Positions 60,001 to 64,000 of a stretch of DNA of 64,000 nt are shown in pieces (within the stretch, counting starts at the first letter, position 1; every line of letters starts with the position of its first letter). A program made the translations under genes and the position numbers. This DNA is from Octopus vulgaris (Eukaryota). Location: positions 129,642,001-129,706,000 of the forward strand of contig OX597815.1 in the NCBI GenBank assembly GCA_951406725.2, read 5' to 3'. The notes beneath the pieces were generated by a model. The model worked only from the letters and a program-made list of their open reading frames with translations, was not told where the DNA came from and did not search any database.

Positions 60001-62744
60001 CAAGGCCATACATACATCCATTCTTGTTTTTATTAATGTATTAAATGTGAATAATCATTTTATTATATTATTGCCGTTGGTGACAAAACTACAAAGGCTT
60101 TAACCCTCTAACATTTAAACTGGCCATATGTGGCCCAAATATTCTTCCTGTTTTATGTTGAAACTGGCCACGTCCAGCCTATCACACTATTACTACAATG
60201 TCATTCTAAAAATATACCATCACATCGTCAAAATCTCAAAGCAACAAGATAATGCATGGTTAATTAAAAACAGTATGAATAAGAAAAAGTATTACATTTG
60301 ATAAACGAATCTGAATGCTAAAGGGTTAAAGAACAGCTCTTTTGGCATTAAACAAAAATTGGAATGAAGCAACTTACTTTTCAATGCCTCCTCCTTGCAT
60401 CAGTACAGGTCGCTTTTCTTTATCAGCCATGAAATTCACGAGGACTCCACAAGAAATATAAACAACTTCTCGATTGTCAGAATCTAATAATTCTATGAAG
60501 GTCTCTTGCACTACAATATACAAATATATATATACTCTTTCATTTACATACAAGTGTGTATGTGTGTGTTATTTAGTATTGTTAACCAAATTATGGAAAA
60601 CAACAAAACATATTTACTGAAAGGGAATGGGCTGACGCTACAGTAAAATTTATTGCAAATTTTGAGTTGGTCTGGACTGTAAGTTTTGCTTTTAAGGATT
60701 ATTCAATTAATTGACTGGTTAAATAAACCTTTAAATGTGAAAGAAGTTTCTGTCAGTTCACTATTATCAAGACAGACAGGCAAGCAAACAGACAGATGAA
60801 CTCCTGAACACTGAAGCTGGAGCCTTACCACTGATGCAGTTTAATGTCTTGCCCAGGATGTTGATGGCACATCAATTAAAAATAAGAACAGACATTAATG
60901 TTGGTAGACTAGTGATTATCTGCAATGGTAATAATCACTTCAGAAATTAAACGTGAGTGGTGCATGTTGCTGCACTGACAGATAAGGTGGAGAAACTAAT
61001 ATTTTGGACAGTGTCTTCTGCTAAAAGAGAGTCCTACACAAGAAAGAAATGAGGATGTTATCCAGTTTATAACAGTGACTTGTTAAATGCTAAGTCTGAT
61101 TCAAAAGCACAGCTGTAAATAAATAAAAAGCAAACAAAAACCATCAACATTTAACATCTGTTGTCTATGCTGGCATGTATTGGACGGTTTGACTGGGCTG
61201 GCATGCTGGAAGGCTGCACCAGACTCCAGTCTGTTTGGCACAGTTTTCTACGGCTGGATGCCCTTCCTAATGTCAACCACTCTGAGGGTGTAATGGGTGC
61301 ATTTATGTGCCACTGGCACGGTGTGCCATTTGTGTGACACCGGAGTGCATTTACATGCCACCAGCATGGGTGCCAATTTGCATGACACTGGTATCTGCCA
61401 CGACTGCAATTTTGCTCAGCTTGATGGGTCTCCTCCAGCACTACATAATGGCAAACGTCTTGGTTGTTGCCTTCGTGAGGCCCAACACTTGAAAGGAACT
61501 CAGCCATTTTGCCTCCCAATGATGAAAATAAATTTGGCCATCATATGGATTTGTAGTGTTATATTTGAGATGAAATTAAGAAGATTGATGCTCATAGTAT
61601 AATATACTAATACAAAGAGGTACTAAAAACATGCTGGTGCAGACGCATGGCTTATTGGTTAGGCTATTTGGCTCATAGTCATAAGGTTATGAGTTCAATT
61701 CCTGGTGTTCATGAGCAAGATGCTTTATTTCACATTGTTCCAATCCACTCAGCTGGCAAACATTAAGTTGTACCTATATTTCTAAGATTCATCTTTGTCA
61801 CATTGTGTCATGCTGAATCTCCCTGAGACTTTTGCTGTCATAACTGACAGAGGACCTTCAAGTTAGCAAATAAACATTACTTATGCTGGAACCTAAAATT
61901 CAGGCCCATTTCATACTAACATTTATTTTTATTAATCAAAATCAAATAGCTATGTTGGAAAAAACAATCTGTTATGTATATAATAATAATAATGAAATTA
62001 TCGTGTATAGTGATCAGGTGCACTCATCAAAGGTGCACATGTAGTACATAGAATTATGTCCCAAAAGCAGGAAAGTGAACAGTGTAAAAGTCATGATATA
62101 CATGTGTGCAGTGGCAGACTAGCCAGGTTGCCAGCTTACCTGATGGCAAGAGGGCCCCTGCACCATTAGAATCTATATATGGGGGCCCATGTTAGTATCT
62201 AAGGGGCCCATCCCCTCAAGTTTGAAAATTTTTAATTCACTCCTGGAAGAATGCATCAATTATTTCAGCCTGGCTGTGTTTGTAGACAGTTGAAAAGAAT
62301 ACTTTTAACAAAAAAATAATTAAATGATAGCTTTGTAGTTGCGTGTGGGCCTCCTTAGTCTCCTAGCAACCAATATTTTTAGACCCAGTCTGCCACTGCA
62401 TGTGTGCATGTGTATGGATGGGGTGGATATCAGGTGTAGTGTTGGCAAATTTCAGGAAGCATGGAGGTTTTAAAGGATGCAATGTCTCAGCAACTAACAA
62501 CTGATGCAGGTAGTTTGTTCCATGCTTCAGCAGTGTCTGACTTTAGATTTTGTATATATGAAATTGTATTCTTTGACCCTTCCTAAATGGTCAAGGATTA
62601 CAATTACTCATAAAATTCTAAACAGGTTACCTTTTTGTTCTGCCAAAAAATCTCTTACAATCTTTTGGTGAGTTAAGTTTCCAAACACTCGTGATACTTC
62701 AATTAAAGTTTCCATGTGGTTTGGCAGTAATAATTTGACCAAAT
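56858..62744 (-). CDS. ARMC2: ARMC2 (armadillo repeat containing 2) ortholog, last four coding exons; 5' part lies beyond the right edge
   Basis: Exons 62744-62631, 60510-60378, 58926-58766, 57084-56858 join in frame. EVSRVFGNLT, SCGVLVNF, GGGIEKLIEVLRDFGPNDWQLAGIVCQVLLNYS and WENEFCPVAETLLQRL..LEPL match the recalled ARMC2 C-terminus (AVRVFGNLS, ACGVLLNL, GGGIKKLVDCLRDLGPTDWQLA, WETEFKPVAQQLL). Confidence 0.92.
58550..58706. repeat. Degenerate (GAT/GGT/AAT)n trinucleotide tract
   Basis: Directly visible. Confidence 0.9.
58766..58926 (-). CDS. ARMC2: ARMC2 exon (LIEVLRDFGPNDWQLAG...TEFL)
   Basis: CTTTAG| acceptor, G|GTAAGA donor, 161 nt. Confidence 0.93.
58995..59455. mobile_element. Degenerate LINE 3' fragment with an inverted 5' segment
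   Basis: Minus strand LILYKVQVRATLEYCSHIWD; plus strand continues SAAIAHVDILDHTQK..LQLLEHRHLVSAFCLLHYYYN. Confidence 0.65.
60378..60510 (-). CDS. ARMC2: ARMC2 exon (VQETFIELLD...MQGGGIEK)
   Basis: TTGTAG| acceptor, AA|GTAAGT donor, 133 nt. Confidence 0.92.
61981..62533 (-). mobile_element. CR1-group LINE 3' end remnant, same family as 19480-21061, interrupted by a hAT MITE
   Basis: Reverse complement matches 20891-21060 (GCTGAAGCATGGAA..ACACCTGAT..GTGCACCTGA..ATT tail). Confidence 0.85.
62109..62398. mobile_element. hAT-type MITE with 8-bp TSD
   Basis: TIRs CAGTGGCAGACT / AGTCTGCCACTG; TSD CATGTGTG at 62101-62108 and 62399-62406; related partial copy near 39343-39410. Confidence 0.9.
62631..62744 (-). 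CDS. ARMC2: ARMC2 exon (LVKLLLPNHMETLIEVSRVFGNLT...EQK)
   Basis: TCACAG| acceptor, G|GTAACC donor, 114 nt. Confidence 0.9.
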
Positions 62745-64000
62745 CTGTGAAATATAAAAAGAGATGCTAGAGCAAAAACTGTTAGGTAGTAAGGTACAGA
62801 TAGGAGTTAGGTATGCATGCATGTGTGTGTGTGTATGTGCACATAATGTAACAATGAAATTGCTTCTGACAGCTCAAGGGGCCAGTGTTTAAGTAAATAG
62901 GAAGAAACCTTAAGCAGATGAGACCTTAATCTTCTTCACGGGATGCCATGTAGTATTGTCTGATAAACTAAGTATATTATTGAAATAAGCCATGAAATGC
63001 CTGCAGTGAATCTGAACTAAAGATCTACAGGCTGATAATTTAATGCTACATCCATCTAGCTATTTCAATTCTGTTCTGTGTGGGTGTATGTGTAATTGAG
63101 AGCGAAAGAGTGAGAGAGAGAGAGGGTGAGAGTATGTATATGTGTGAGAAAGAAGATTAATTAGATCATGCTCTAAAAAGACTGTCAGTGAGTTCCTTGA
63201 TTTGCATTTCTCTACTTTAAGAGTCCCTTGAGTGAGTGTGCTGAAGTTAAATGTGATCTTTATAAAAAAAAATCCCTGATATTTCATTGATAAAGTTTGG
63301 AATCAATGTAATGGAAATTATGAGATTATGTACAGCCAATGGTTAAGAAGTTTGCTTGCCAACTACATAGTTCCAGGTTCAGTCCCACTGCATGGCACCT
63401 TGGGCAAGTGTCTTCTACTATAGCCTCAGGCCAACAAAAGCCTTGTGAGTGAATTTGATAGATAGATAGATACTCCTAGTTTCCAGCTCTGTAGGCCGAC
63501 TTTGCTTTTCTATTTTCTATGATTGAACTAAGCATCATATTTTACTGGGTTGAACCAAATGCTTCAGCTTTCCTGAAACACTCCTTTGTAAGATTGTTTT
63601 GGATAGATTTGAAGATCTTAGAGTGCTACTGCATCTCTGTAGTTTATACTTGTTTATTTTTACACCACAGTTAAAAAGAAAAACTGTAAATTAAGAAATT
63701 TGTAATAAGGAACTTTAAGGCAAATAACTATGTCAATAATTATAACATTGGTAGACTGGCAGAATCATTAAAGTATCAGACAAAATGCTTTGAGCTATTA
63801 GAGAACTTTTTATTCTGAGTTCAAATCCCTCTGAGGTTGACTTTGGCTTTCAACCTTGAGGACTCCACAAAATAAATATTAGTCAAGTACAGGAATTAAT
63901 ATATTTAACTTTTCTCTCCCAATTAATGTGTACCCTTATGTTTGTATATAAAAAATAATAATAGGTAATTATATACAGTATCATCGTTGTTTAAACAAAT

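Overview
AT-rich, repeat-dense animal genomic DNA. The repeat landscape (tRNA-headed SINEs, RTE LINE 3' ends with (GAT)n tails, TTAA MITEs, microsatellites) suggests a cephalopod, probably Octopus (inference). I assembled three spliced genes by hand: CIP2A (minus strand, 12 coding exons from ATG 33126 down to 5519, continuing off the left edge), PPIL3 (plus strand, complete, 161 aa, 40650-47997, head-to-head with CIP2A) and the last four coding exons of ARMC2 (minus strand, 62744-56858). Most notable: (1) a 9.4-kb AT-AC U12-type intron in CIP2A; (2) four minimal type-I hammerhead ribozyme motifs in Penelope-like repeats, one with an intact core and two in an inverted pair inside the U12 intron; (3) a 5'-truncated CR1-group LINE with an uninterrupted 494-aa RT ORF; (4) a TGT..ACA foldback element with a 5-bp TSD; (5) a ~260-bp near-perfect hairpin related to a sequence in the CIP2A/PPIL3 intergenic region; (6) two unclassified insertions with 11- and 14-bp target duplications. 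Most other ORFs in the track are spurious translations of repeats. Gene identities rest on recalled similarity to human proteins, not on a database search.
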